Notes: a model not told the origin generated them from the sequence alone. Positions 1 through 9,257 are shown, numbered from the stretch's first letter. The stretch is DNA of 64,000 bases from a virus (IMGVR_UViG_3300021387_000463:331001-395000); one strand, 5' to 3'. Translations and numbers: made by a program.

Positions 1-337
1 CGATTCCTCGTTTGTAAATCGATTCTAATGCCTTTGTTGAAGTTCCATGATACAATGTATTTGGTGGTATTGTTTCAGTTAATCCAACATCAACATTAAT
101 TGAATGACCTTGCCTTGCCCTTATCTTTGTTTTGTCCCCATTATACTCATAACGTTGCTTATTGTTTGTCTCAACAATTCCATCAAGAAGTTCTTTTGTA
201 TAACCTTGACTCTTGATGAGTTCTGAAACACTTCTCCAGCCGTTATTGTCAATGAGGCCATTATTCAATGCTTCCTTATCGTGTCTTAGAAGGAAAGCAA
301 GATGTTTACCTTTTGATATTAATTCCTTTTTGTTCAT
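1..337 (-). CDS. kptA: RNA 2'-phosphotransferase Tpt1/KptA (3' end runs off window)
   Basis: Not in ORF track; hand translation MNKKELISKGKHLAFLLRHD...GWRSV...NNKQRYE...KIRARQGHSINVD...PNTLYHGTS matches Tpt1 motifs (LRH, KxR, IRAxQGHS, LYHGT); ATG overlaps the TGA of the upstream gene (ATGA). Confidence 0.9.
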   Translation of the reverse strand, partial: MNKKELISKGKHLAFLLRHDKEALNNGLIDNNGWRSVSELIKSQGYTKELLDGIVETNNKQRYEYNGDKTKIRARQGHSINVDVGLTETIPPNTLYHGTSTKALESIYKRGI

Positions 338-990
338 AATCCGTACTCAGAAAGGTCTATATTGACTTTCTTTGCCTCTTCCCTATCAATGTCCCTCACA
401 ACCAAATCTTTCATCTTGGAGAGCATTCTAATAGCTTCTATATTCTCACAGCGAATTGCTTGTGTTAAAGCTGAACAATCAATATCGTTAATTGCATTGA
501 TGTCAACATCTTTTTTAAGGAGTAGTTCTTTAGCAACCCAATTTAAGCGTTTCCAAGTGCAACAAACAATAAGAGCAGTATTTTCATTGAGGTCTTTGGC
601 ATTGAAGTCAAATTTATCAGATTCTAAAGTCATTTTAATCATCTTTTCAAACACCTCTTTCTCTTGCGGTAATTTACAGATTTCTTCAGAACCATACATA
701 TATAATAGTGATTCAAGAACACTTTCATCGCCAAAGACATCTTCAACAGCATAATCGAATGTTGGGTGATTCACAATCACCTCGAACAAATCATACATTT
801 TAGAATTGATTGCCGAGAAGATAGGCACTCTCTGATTATACTCATAGGATACGTCAATGCCCTTTTCAGAGTTAATAAGATTAATTGCACCTTGTTCATC
901 ACCACTGTCAATCAGTTTGTGCAACTTAACGCAAGCATCGACATTTTTCTCAACTTTGCCAATACTTTTTAAACTAAATCCTTTTTTCAT
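334..990 (-). CDS. ankyrin-repeat protein (paralog of 8553..9257)
   Basis: Repeats such as DFNAKDLNENTALIVCC and DINAINDIDCSALTQAI; start moved from 1011 to ATG 990 because the track start lies inside the promoter. Confidence 0.8.
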   Translation of the reverse strand: MKKGFSLKSIGKVEKNVDACVKLHKLIDSGDEQGAINLINSEKGIDVSYEYNQRVPIFSAINSKMYDLFEVIVNHPTFDYAVEDVFGDESVLESLLYMYGSEEICKLPQEKEVFEKMIKMTLESDKFDFNAKDLNENTALIVCCTWKRLNWVAKELLLKKDVDINAINDIDCSALTQAIRCENIEAIRMLSKMKDLVVRDIDREEAKKVNIDLSEYGL

Positions 991-1008
991 ACTTAAAAAT
1001 GTTTTTTG

Positions 1009-1040
1009 CAAATGTATGAAAAAAAAATGGATTAACCAAG
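1009..1040 (-). promoter_or_regulatory. Bacteroidetes-type host sigma promoter (early)
   Basis: CTTG-N20-TACATTTG on minus strand, matches -33 TTTG / -7 TAnnTTTG consensus. Confidence 0.75.
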
Positions 1041-1065
1041 TAAGTTAACCCAATTTAACATATAT

Positions 1066-1443
1066 TTACCACATTTGGCATAACAACACCCATGTTACAA
1101 TCACTTGTAGAAGGTGTATTGTTTGGTCTGCCATGAGATTTATATGGAGTTTGTTGCATTTCTCATTATCAATCCAATAGTGTATAATGGTGTTGATGAT
1201 AAATGCGCCTAGCAAGAGATACGATGAGACTGTAGGCAATAATACCATGCTTGGGATAAGTATCATTATAGACCAAGACATTGAATGAATGAGCAGTGCC
1301 ATCTTATAGTCATGTTTATATAGGGATTTATATTCAAAAAGCTTTTCCCACCACACTTTTTGCTTCATTTTTGCCAAGTTTCCTTGGAGGTAGAAATCAT
1401 CCACGATGTGCGCAAGAATCATTAATAACAGTAGTTTTATCAT
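1066..1443 (-). CDS. DUF3307-like membrane protein
   Basis: AHIVDDFYLQ ... IHYWID ... ADQTIH motifs, hydrophobic helices. Confidence 0.75.
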   Translation of the reverse strand: MIKLLLLMILAHIVDDFYLQGNLAKMKQKVWWEKLFEYKSLYKHDYKMALLIHSMSWSIMILIPSMVLLPTVSSYLLLGAFIINTIIHYWIDNEKCNKLHINLMADQTIHLLQVIVTWVLLCQMW

Positions 1444-1448
1444 AATGC

Positions 1449-3098
1449 TTATTTTTTATTAGTCCATTTATATCTTATTAAACCACAATCCCATATCTTG
1501 TAATATCCTAATTCGTTAGTTAACTCATTTTCTGTCTTTTTCTCATCTACCCCATAACGTTTTGATAAGAGTTTTTTCCTAAAATTGAATTTATGCATTC
1601 TTTCTGTTGGATGTGAAACACTTACATATTTGTAATCTGGTTTTAGTACCTCGTCTATTTCAAAACCTAATTTGGTATAGAGATTATCATTTCTGTTGAC
1701 TGTCCATCTTAAGTCTGCAAATGATTTAACAATTAATGGATTATATTTTTTAACAAAGAATGAAAATAGTTTTCCCCCAACGCCTTGACATTTAAGTGTA
1801 TTATCTGTAGCAAATCTATTTAATATCCATTCTTCACCATATTGTTCAAATGTCATTACGCCAATCAATACACCATTATTGAAACAGCCCACAGCAATGG
1901 AACAACCACCATATCCTTGTATATGATTTTTATCCAAGAAATCTTTTGCTGCATCCTTTGTTATAAAGTCAGCGATACATTTTCTAGCCATTACAGATGG
2001 AATACCATTATCTGCATATATTAATCTTCTTATTTTAGATAGAACAATTTCTTTATGAGATAGATACTCATCTTCAAATAGTTGAATTAATTTAATACCC
2101 TTTTCGTTTGCTAATTCAGTTTTCATTAGATGATAGTTTCTATCCCTAAATTTATCAGAATGCCATTTAAGTCCATTGTATTCTATTCCTATCCTTAATT
2201 TTGGAATATAGATATCAATCTCATATCCATTCAGCATTTCCCTATTTGAATGTTCCACATTCTCTTTTCCTATTAGAGAACAAATATATTCGTATAATTC
2301 AGTTTCTCCCTTAGACTCAATTAATCCACACTTAGGACATCCGTGTCCGTGAAGATGGTCGTAAGGCTTTTGCCAGAACTCACCGTGTTTTGGGCATATA
2401 ATCTTGACCTTCTCTTCCATTTTATTGTAATTGGTTTCAGTGTAAATATACTTATCCCCATATATAGATTTACATCTTCTTATAAACTCTTCTTGTCCTA
2501 TATTCTTTTCTTCAGCTCTTTTGTTTATGCTACATTTTGGACAACCTTGACCCAATAGGTGCTTAGAAGGTTCTTGCCAGAACTCACCGTGTTCCCTACA
2601 AATTATGCATACCTTATCGTGCATTCTAGTAAATGCAACCTTTGAATAATCGTATCTATCACCGTGTTTCTCTTTAAACAATTGTATAACCTCATCAGTA
2701 TTCAAGCCCCTACCACTACATTTTGGACAGCCTTGACCCATAAGATGCGCCATTGGAGTCATCTGAAATTCACCGTGTTTTGGACATACTATTGTTACTT
2801 TGGTCATCGCATTTACATAGCTTATGTTATTGTAATTATATTTACCATTATGTATTATGTTTGCCTTTTCAATGAATGTATTTGCATCACCCCTAAACGT
2901 ATCACCTCTTTTGATATTTGCGCATTTAGGACAACCATTACCTCTTGCGTGAGCTTGTGGTGTTTGCCAAAATTCACCGTGTTCTTTGCATATTATACAT
3001 ACTTTTGTCAAACTATTAACATAGTCTACTTTATCATAAATGTATTTTCCATTGTGTATTTTTGTTGATTTTTCTATAAATTTATCTTTTTTACTCAT
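1449..3098 (-). CDS. free-standing homing-endonuclease-like protein: four Zn-finger repeats + PD-(D/E)xK nuclease + GNAT-like C-terminus
   Basis: 4x KYxYxK..Y..KVxIxCxxHGEFxQxPxxHxxGxGCPKC; YEIDIYIP..IGIEYNGLKWHS nuclease; LNRFAT..GVGGKL..SFADLRW..LYTKLGF acetyltransferase-like. Confidence 0.7.
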   Translation of the reverse strand: MSKKDKFIEKSTKIHNGKYIYDKVDYVNSLTKVCIICKEHGEFWQTPQAHARGNGCPKCANIKRGDTFRGDANTFIEKANIIHNGKYNYNNISYVNAMTKVTIVCPKHGEFQMTPMAHLMGQGCPKCSGRGLNTDEVIQLFKEKHGDRYDYSKVAFTRMHDKVCIICREHGEFWQEPSKHLLGQGCPKCSINKRAEEKNIGQEEFIRRCKSIYGDKYIYTETNYNKMEEKVKIICPKHGEFWQKPYDHLHGHGCPKCGLIESKGETELYEYICSLIGKENVEHSNREMLNGYEIDIYIPKLRIGIEYNGLKWHSDKFRDRNYHLMKTELANEKGIKLIQLFEDEYLSHKEIVLSKIRRLIYADNGIPSVMARKCIADFITKDAAKDFLDKNHIQGYGGCSIAVGCFNNGVLIGVMTFEQYGEEWILNRFATDNTLKCQGVGGKLFSFFVKKYNPLIVKSFADLRWTVNRNDNLYTKLGFEIDEVLKPDYKYVSVSHPTERMHKFNFRKKLLSKRYGVDEKKTENELTNELGYYKIWDCGLIRYKWTNKK

Positions 3099-3132
3099 TT
3101 TATGTTTTATTCATAAATATTAGTTCTTATTG

Positions 3133-3164
3133 CAAAGATATACAAAAAATATGAAAAAAACAAG
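3133..3164 (-). promoter_or_regulatory. Bacteroidetes-type promoter
   Basis: CTTG-N20-TATCTTTG upstream of 3098. Confidence 0.75.
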
Positions 3165-3191
3165 TTTTTACGAAAAAAAATATAATATTGT

Positions 3192-3200
3192 ATATTTATA
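3192..3200 (+). promoter_or_regulatory. putative late promoter ATATTTATA
   Basis: Motif recurs upstream of structural genes throughout the window. Confidence 0.5.
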
Positions 3201-3255
3201 TTAAAATTAATGGTAAAAGACAATAAAATAATCTAGATTAAAATATTTATTAAAA

Positions 3256-3744
3256 ATGAGTGATTTACTTTTGAAAATGCCTCTAAATTACGAACCTCTC
3301 AGGAAAAATAGATGGTTGTTAAGATTTCCAGCTGACTTGGGTATTCAAGAGTGGTGGTGCAAGAGTGCAGCACGTCCACATATCCAGCAAGAAGGAAAGG
3401 CAATTGAGTTCTTAAATGCAGAGACATACGTTGTTGGAAGATACAAATGGGCTTCAATTCAAGTAACTTTGAGAGACCCAATTGGACCTTCTGCTTCGCA
3501 AGCAATAATGGAGTGGGTTCGTCTTCACTCTGAGTCTGTTACAGGACGTCAAGGCTATGCAGCTGGTTACAAGCGTGATGTTGAGCTTGAAATGCTTGAC
3601 CCAACTGGTGTTGTTGTTTCTAAATGGATTCTTAAGAATGTAATGATAACCGAAGTAGACTTTGGTCAATTAGATTACAGTCAAGATGACCTTGCAGAAA
3701 TTACAATGACATTACAGATGGATTATGCGATTTTGGCATATTAA
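3256..3744 (+). CDS. tail tube protein (T4 gp19-like)
   Basis: YEPLRKNRWLLRF, AIMEWVRL, GYAAGYKRDVELEMLDPTGVVVSKW, DFGQLDYS..EITMTLQMD typical of gp19 family; 162 aa. Confidence 0.85.
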   Translation: MSDLLLKMPLNYEPLRKNRWLLRFPADLGIQEWWCKSAARPHIQQEGKAIEFLNAETYVVGRYKWASIQVTLRDPIGPSASQAIMEWVRLHSESVTGRQGYAAGYKRDVELEMLDPTGVVVSKWILKNVMITEVDFGQLDYSQDDLAEITMTLQMDYAILAY

Positions 3745-3777
3745 TCTGTTTATCAAGCAGTTATTGGGATTTAAAAT

Positions 3778-3811
3778 AAAATGAGCAACCATGATTGGCT
3801 GCTCATTTTTT
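3778..3811. terminator. bidirectional intrinsic terminator
   Basis: AAAATGAGCA...TGCTCATTTTTT hairpin between convergent genes. Confidence 0.7.
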
Positions 3812-4009
3812 ATTGATATATTCTGTTTCTTTTGACTCAATTATTTCACCATTGTTAAAATTAAATGTACTTCCTAATACATTTCCTAGTTTGAAACTAG
3901 TATTCGTTTCTGCTATTGATATTGCTGTTTCTTCTTTGTTATCGTTTGCGGCAACATAATATTCTACAGAATAATTTAAGCGAACTTTACAAAGTTTTAT
4001 TTTTTTCAT
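3803..4009 (-). CDS. hypothetical protein
   Basis: 68-aa ORF with A-rich upstream region, same orientation as 4083..4499. Confidence 0.55.
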   Translation of the reverse strand: MKKIKLCKVRLNYSVEYYVAANDNKEETAISIAETNTSFKLGNVLGSTFNFNNGEIIESKETEYINKK

Positions 4010-4082
4010 ATTCTTTACTGTTTTAAATTGGTTTTATTTCAACATTTGTGATTGCTCATTTTTGTTTATCTATGCATATTCT

Positions 4083-4499
4083 CTAATGTAATCCTTCATA
4101 CCATTTGGTTTTAGAAACGATTTCATTGTTCTTTTTAGTTAAAGAATCTATTTCTTGACTAATGTATTGGATTAATTTTATTTTATTTTCCTTCATGAAC
4201 GATTCGACCATATCTTCAAATTCATCTTCATTAGTACACAAAAAAGCATAATCTTTAATTTTCAAATAATCCAAGTTTAAATCGTAATCATAACCGCCCA
4301 AATGTGCTAAAGAACCGCAGCGATAGCCTCTTAAGTGATTTCGTTCTATACGAAGTTTTTCATTCTGATATGTGACATATTCAAAATGTTCATCACAAAT
4401 ACGCATATGAATAATCCTAGCGTTAGGATTCACATGAATAAAATTTCTTATTTCACCAACTGACATAGATGAAATTCTTCTTTCGTTAGTATTAATCAT
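4083..4499 (-). CDS. hypothetical protein
   Basis: 138-aa ORF downstream of a promoter-like element. Confidence 0.65.
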   Translation of the reverse strand: MINTNERRISSMSVGEIRNFIHVNPNARIIHMRICDEHFEYVTYQNEKLRIERNHLRGYRCGSLAHLGGYDYDLNLDYLKIKDYAFLCTNEDEFEDMVESFMKENKIKLIQYISQEIDSLTKKNNEIVSKTKWYEGLH

Positions 4500-4549
4500 A
4501 AATTTTTTAATTAATTTTAGTTTGTACCTTAATCATTATTTTGTTAATG

Positions 4550-4581
4550 TAAAGGTACGAAATTATTTTGATTTAGCCAAA
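4550..4581 (-). promoter_or_regulatory. Bacteroidetes-type promoter (variant)
   Basis: TTTG-N20-TACCTTTA. Confidence 0.6.
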
Positions 4582-4681
4582 TATTATCTATAGTTTTAAC
4601 TTTTATTATGCTTTATATTTGTTTCTTGCACTTATTTTTTTATTTTTTAAAGAAAAATAACAATTTAAAATAGTAAGAAAT

Positions 4682-5584
4682 ATGCCAACAAGTAGAAGTT
4701 ATTCATTAAATGATTTAAAATCTGCACTAAAAACTAGAATGGCAGAGTTTGAAATGCTTAATAAGACACTCATAGAAGCAATCGAGAAAGGCTCTAGTGA
4801 GGTAACTATTGATGCAATTAAGGAAGCAATTAAGGATGCTGAAGAGAATATTAAGGCTTTAAGAGATTGGATTGAGGAAAAGACAAACGAAAAGGAAAGT
4901 TGTGAGAAGGTTAACTATTCATTCTATAATGAGATAAAGAAGCCTACTTTACCAAGGTCAGTTAAGGCTAAGAAATTATTCAACATTAAGAATGACCTAG
5001 ATAAGCTTGAGAAAGAACTTAAGGACTTGAAACCAACCAACAATAATTTCTTTGACAATATTAAGAAGGATACAAACTCAAAGAAGTTGGATGAGGTGAT
5101 TAAGAAAGACCTATCAAGCGACTATAAGCCTTACGATAGTCCTTACAACCATCTTAACTATGAGGATATATATAATGAGACTTGTAAGAAATTGCCAGTA
5201 TGTAGTCCTTATGAAAATGTCATTCAATGCAATAGATTCTTGGTGAGATTTGGAACACCATTGGATATACCAGAGTATTATGTAAGAAGTGTTGACTTCA
5301 AGAGTAAGCATCTTGTGATTAGTATATTTAACTTTATCAAGGACGATGAACATCCAATTATTGCAGAGCTTTTGGCAAAAAAGTTTAATGGTGACATGAC
5401 ATCTGAATTCAGCATTTCGATTGATTATCTTGACCCAACTGGTGTTATTCTTTACACAGAGCGTTATCACCATTGTCATTTGCTAAATGTTGAAAGAGAT
5501 AGCGTGGATTATACTAGAGACGATTTAAATAGAATATTATTGACGGTATCATATTCTGATATAACTTATGAAACAAGTCATTAA
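4682..5584 (+). CDS. coiled-coil protein with C-terminal tail-tube-like domain
   Basis: C-terminal NRFLVRF..LDIPEYY..YLDPTGVILY..VDYTRDDL aligns with the tube protein at 3256. Confidence 0.65.
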   Translation: MPTSRSYSLNDLKSALKTRMAEFEMLNKTLIEAIEKGSSEVTIDAIKEAIKDAEENIKALRDWIEEKTNEKESCEKVNYSFYNEIKKPTLPRSVKAKKLFNIKNDLDKLEKELKDLKPTNNNFFDNIKKDTNSKKLDEVIKKDLSSDYKPYDSPYNHLNYEDIYNETCKKLPVCSPYENVIQCNRFLVRFGTPLDIPEYYVRSVDFKSKHLVISIFNFIKDDEHPIIAELLAKKFNGDMTSEFSISIDYLDPTGVILYTERYHHCHLLNVERDSVDYTRDDLNRILLTVSYSDITYETSH

Positions 5585-6113
5585 AAAAAGTAAAACTTCC
5601 ATAATCAAGAATAAATCAAAGAAGCGTACAACCCCAAAGGCAAAAACGGCTAGAGGGGCTGTACGTCATCCTCATCACCAGAAATATGGAACATCTAAGC
5701 TTGAGGAAGACTTTGCAAGAGATTTTCTTGATAAACTTGGTGTAAAGTATATCTATCAATTTGAAGCAAAGGATATTGGAAGGTTTTACGATTTTGCAAT
5801 TATTCTCAATGATGAAATGACAACTGGAAACATGATTCTAATTGAGATTGATGGTAGTTACTATCACTCAGACCCAAGACTTGTTAAGGAAGGTGAAATG
5901 AATCCGATGCAAAAACATAATAAAAGGGTTGATGAATTAAAAGATAAATGGGCATTATTGCATGGAATACCACTTATTAGGATTTGGGAGAAAGATATTC
6001 GTGAGAATCCAAAAATGGTGACGAAGGAACTCAAGGAAAGACTTTATATCGAGGATAAAAAGGTCACATTGACTGAAAAGAAAAATAAAAGACATATAAA
6101 TAAGATAAAATAA
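5568..6113 (+). CDS. Vsr/DUF559-like PD-(D/E)xK endonuclease
   Basis: FYDFAI..ILIEIDGSYYHSD..KDKWA..GIPLIRIWE. Confidence 0.75.
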   Translation: MKQVIKKSKTSIIKNKSKKRTTPKAKTARGAVRHPHHQKYGTSKLEEDFARDFLDKLGVKYIYQFEAKDIGRFYDFAIILNDEMTTGNMILIEIDGSYYHSDPRLVKEGEMNPMQKHNKRVDELKDKWALLHGIPLIRIWEKDIRENPKMVTKELKERLYIEDKKVTLTEKKNKRHINKIK

Positions 6114-6115
6114 GC

Positions 6116-6295
6116 ATGTACAAAAGAATTTGGAAATACATATATGATTTTTTGGATGAAGCCAAAGCTAAAATGGATTCTGATTATAAAGAAAACCTCA
6201 CTGAAAAGAATATAGATAATTTTTTGGAATATATTGAAAATGGCTTAAATGATATTATTACAAAAAATGTATATGTTGTGTCTAAAATTGAATAA
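6116..6295 (+). CDS. small hypothetical protein (59 aa)
   Basis: Hand-found ORF MYKRIWKYIYDFLDEAKAK..., fills the gap 2 nt after the previous stop. Confidence 0.55.
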   Translation: MYKRIWKYIYDFLDEAKAKMDSDYKENLTEKNIDNFLEYIENGLNDIITKNVYVVSKIE

Positions 6296-6333
6296 AATAA
6301 AAAACAGTATATTTATTCTAAAATTAAAAAGTT

Positions 6334-6948
6334 ATGGAAGTTACGTTATATTTACCTTACTATGATTACAATGACGGAAACTTTGACGTGAGCAATGATT
6401 ATTACAATGAGAACGAATATTCAGATGCCATGTCTAAGGATTTCAATAAAAGTAAGGACATTGTTTATAATTCTGTCCTAGCTGCAAAAGAGGGCACAGG
6501 AAGCCTTATTCAAGGTACAGATGGGCACACATACAAGTTTGGACAGAAAACCTCTCAGAGCGAAGATAAAGTGGCTTTTTCGAGTTGTATTGGTGAATTG
6601 TTAGATATTGACGGTAATAGTGATACCGTTGATGGCTTCATAACCAAGTTTGCACAACAAAAACAATTCTTAGAGATTGTTGAATTCAATTTGGATACCT
6701 CTGAGGAAGAATTTGAAACCGAATTATCACTCTGGTCTAGAGAGCATACTAGTATTAACAAGTATAAAGACCAATTAGGTGAAGATTGGGTATTGGCAAA
6801 AGAACCAAAGAGGAATCTTAAAGTACAGTTTAAGAATAATGCAAACCAAGATACATATGCTATTTTAGAGGATTGTAGAATCATGGATATTATCGACAAG
6901 AATATGTTTGTATTATTTGTTGAAAGAATAACTTTAGTAGATAAATAA
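6334..6948 (+). CDS. hypothetical protein (tail module)
   Basis: 204-aa acidic ORF preceded by ATATTTAT at 6309. Confidence 0.75.
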   Translation: MEVTLYLPYYDYNDGNFDVSNDYYNENEYSDAMSKDFNKSKDIVYNSVLAAKEGTGSLIQGTDGHTYKFGQKTSQSEDKVAFSSCIGELLDIDGNSDTVDGFITKFAQQKQFLEIVEFNLDTSEEEFETELSLWSREHTSINKYKDQLGEDWVLAKEPKRNLKVQFKNNANQDTYAILEDCRIMDIIDKNMFVLFVERITLVDK

Positions 6949-6955
6949 AATAGAA

Positions 6956-8278
6956 ATGGCTAAGAAGAAATTAACACCAGAGCAAGAAAGTCAGATTAAG
7001 ACACTTCTTGCAAACAACGAAATGCTTGAAAAGACAAAGAAGGAAGCTCAAGAGAGGGGAAACAAGGCATCTGTTCAGCAGATTGAAAGGGCACAAGAAG
7101 ATGTTCTTGAACACATTAAGATGATTGACCCAAGTTCCACTCCTACTATTTCCAAGAAAACATCATTGTCTTCAAACAAAAAGGTAATTAATCAAGACAA
7201 TTTGTTTGACACCGATATGTCTATATTCGACATTTTGGAAGAAAATGAGAAGAACAAGCAAGACTTTATTGAGGAAAAGATTAAGGAGGAAACACCAGAT
7301 GTTCCTTGGAGTGATGACAATTTAACTCCTAGTGAGACAACGATTGCAACAGAAACTACATTCAATGATATTGACTCAACAGCTCAATATGATGTAATTC
7401 AGTTGCCAAGTAACGGTCAATGTTATAGAAACAAGATGGATAGATTGCCAGTTGCTTATTTGACTGCTTATGATGAAAATATTATTATGTCACCAAACTT
7501 GTATAAGGATGGCCTCGTAATTGATTTCTTGCTCAAGAATAAGATTATAAATAAGGAAATCAATGTCGATGACCTTGTAAGTGGTGATATTGATGCAATT
7601 GTATTGTTCTTGAGGGCAACTAGCTATGGTCCTGATTTCCCAATAGTAGTAGCTGACCCAGAGACTGGTGAACAGATTGAAACAACCGTTGACCTTACAA
7701 CATTAAAGCCAAAGGAGTTTACACTTGTTGGTGATGAGAATGGATGGTTTGAATATATCACCCCAATAAAAAAGGATGTGATTAAGTTCCGTTATTTAAC
7801 TAGAAAGCAAGAGAAACAACTTAAGAAAGTCACTGAGCTTGAGAGTCTTGGAACAAAGGCATTTATGCTCAACCAAGAGAAAGAAACTCTTCTTGCAGCA
7901 TTGGTGGGTGATGAATATATTGCTGAGAATGATAAGAAGGTTATCAAGGCTGCAACATCTGTCATTGAAAGATGGACTGAAAAACTTAAGAAAGTTAATG
8001 AATCCAAATTCACTAGAATCATGACAAACGCAATGCAGTTACAGATTGTAGCTGTTAATGGTAACACTGATAGAGAGTTCATTAGAAAGTATATTAATAA
8101 CATGCCAGCGAGGGATTCGTTGATGTTAAGAAAATATATAAATGATAACAGACCTGGAATTGACTTTAACATTGAGGTTGAGAGACCTGAGAGTCTTGGA
8201 GGTGGCTCATTTAAGACCTTTCTTAACTGGGACGATTCTGTTTTCCTCAATATCTCCGATGGCAGAGAGGAATCTTAA
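6956..8278 (+). CDS. baseplate hub assembly / tail assembly chaperone (T4 gp26-like)
   Basis: YDVIQLPSNGQCY..LTAYDENII..GDIDAIVLFLRATSYG..KFRYLT..MPARDSLMLRKYI..PGIDF; lies between tube and tape measure genes. Confidence 0.7.
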   Translation: MAKKKLTPEQESQIKTLLANNEMLEKTKKEAQERGNKASVQQIERAQEDVLEHIKMIDPSSTPTISKKTSLSSNKKVINQDNLFDTDMSIFDILEENEKNKQDFIEEKIKEETPDVPWSDDNLTPSETTIATETTFNDIDSTAQYDVIQLPSNGQCYRNKMDRLPVAYLTAYDENIIMSPNLYKDGLVIDFLLKNKIINKEINVDDLVSGDIDAIVLFLRATSYGPDFPIVVADPETGEQIETTVDLTTLKPKEFTLVGDENGWFEYITPIKKDVIKFRYLTRKQEKQLKKVTELESLGTKAFMLNQEKETLLAALVGDEYIAENDKKVIKAATSVIERWTEKLKKVNESKFTRIMTNAMQLQIVAVNGNTDREFIRKYINNMPARDSLMLRKYINDNRPGIDFNIEVERPESLGGGSFKTFLNWDDSVFLNISDGREES

Positions 8279-8510
8279 GGATGAACTATTTGCTTGCCAC
8301 ATGTATGTAAAGATTCCATATGAGGCATTGATGAAAATGCCAGTTATGGATAGAAAATACTACATACACAAGTATAACGAATATATGGAGGCTAGAAATG
8401 ACGCAATGAATGGAAATGAGGGTGGCTCTTCATCACACGATATTTCAAAATTCACAAGCATGAGTCAAGGACTCAATGGGGATGACATTGCTGAAGAAAT
8501 GGGATTATAA
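8259..8510 (+). CDS. small tail assembly protein (gp51/GT-like), overlapping previous gene in +1 frame
   Basis: LKDELF..IPYEALMKMPVMDRKYYI resembles the chaperone partner motif (lm.MP..eR.yy); frame open from 8142, probable ATG 8259. Confidence 0.6.
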   Translation: MAERNLKDELFACHMYVKIPYEALMKMPVMDRKYYIHKYNEYMEARNDAMNGNEGGSSSHDISKFTSMSQGLNGDDIAEEMGL

Positions 8511-8514
8511 ATAA

Positions 8515-8548
8515 AAAAAGCGAGACTCAGCTAAGAATCTCGCTTTTT
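8515..8548. terminator. bidirectional intrinsic terminator
   Basis: AAAAAGCGAGA...TCTCGCTTTTT. Confidence 0.75.
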
Positions 8549-8552
8549 GCAT

Positions 8553-9257
8553 TTATTTTGCAGTAGCAAAAGCATAATCATGAGCTTTCTTGAGTTTTTC
8601 GGCAATCTCAATTCCGTATTCAGAAAGGTCAACTCCATATCTATCTGCTAGCTTCAAATCATTTACCGTAACGATTAAGTCCTTTCTCTTTGCGATAATC
8701 TTCAGAGCCTCAAGATTTTTATTGCGGATGCAATTACCAAGGGCTGCACAGTCAAAATCATTAACAATGTTGATGTCAACTTCTTTCTTCGATGCAAGAG
8801 CCTCAACAATCCACAACATTTTTGGGAATTCGCAAGCAATGTTGATTGCAGTGTCAGAGTTAAGGTCTTTTGTGTTGAAGTCGTATGTATCAGACTTCAA
8901 GATGGCATTAATCATCCTTTCGCATGTCTTTTCATTTTCCTTATCATTTGAGATTTCCTCACTGCCATAGATGTACATTAACGATATTAAAAGTGTCTCA
9001 CCAAAACCATCTTTTATAGATGAATCAAATGTTGGATGATTTACGATTACTTCAAACAAATCATACATCTTATGGCTTATTGCAGAAAAAATTGGGATAC
9101 GATGTTTGTATTTGTGATTAACGTTAATATCTTTGTAATGTTTTATGAGGTCAATTGCACCTTGTTCATCACCTTTGTTAATTAGTTTGTGCAATTTGAT
9201 GCTAGCTTGAATGCTTGTCATCTTTTCACCAATGTTTTTAAAATTAAAGTTACCCAT
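8553..9257 (-). CDS. ankyrin-repeat protein (paralog of 334..990)
   Basis: Shares KLHKLI.GDEQGAI.LI, PIFSAI.KMYDLFEVIVNHPTFD and DLSEYG with 334..990; start moved to ATG 9257. Confidence 0.8.
   Translation of the reverse strand: MGNFNFKNIGEKMTSIQASIKLHKLINKGDEQGAIDLIKHYKDINVNHKYKHRIPIFSAISHKMYDLFEVIVNHPTFDSSIKDGFGETLLISLMYIYGSEEISNDKENEKTCERMINAILKSDTYDFNTKDLNSDTAINIACEFPKMLWIVEALASKKEVDINIVNDFDCAALGNCIRNKNLEALKIIAKRKDLIVTVNDLKLADRYGVDLSEYGIEIAEKLKKAHDYAFATAK

Noticed and set aside
3800-4063. GCTCATTTTT repeated on both sides of ORF 3803..4009 as a possible target-site duplication
   Set aside because: Short, part of a terminator arm, no mobility gene; chance or terminator remnant
334-9257. 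Eukaryotic giant-virus origin suggested by ankyrins and SNF2
   Set aside because: Contractile tail genes, bacterial promoters, overlapping operons and intrinsic terminators indicate a bacteriophage
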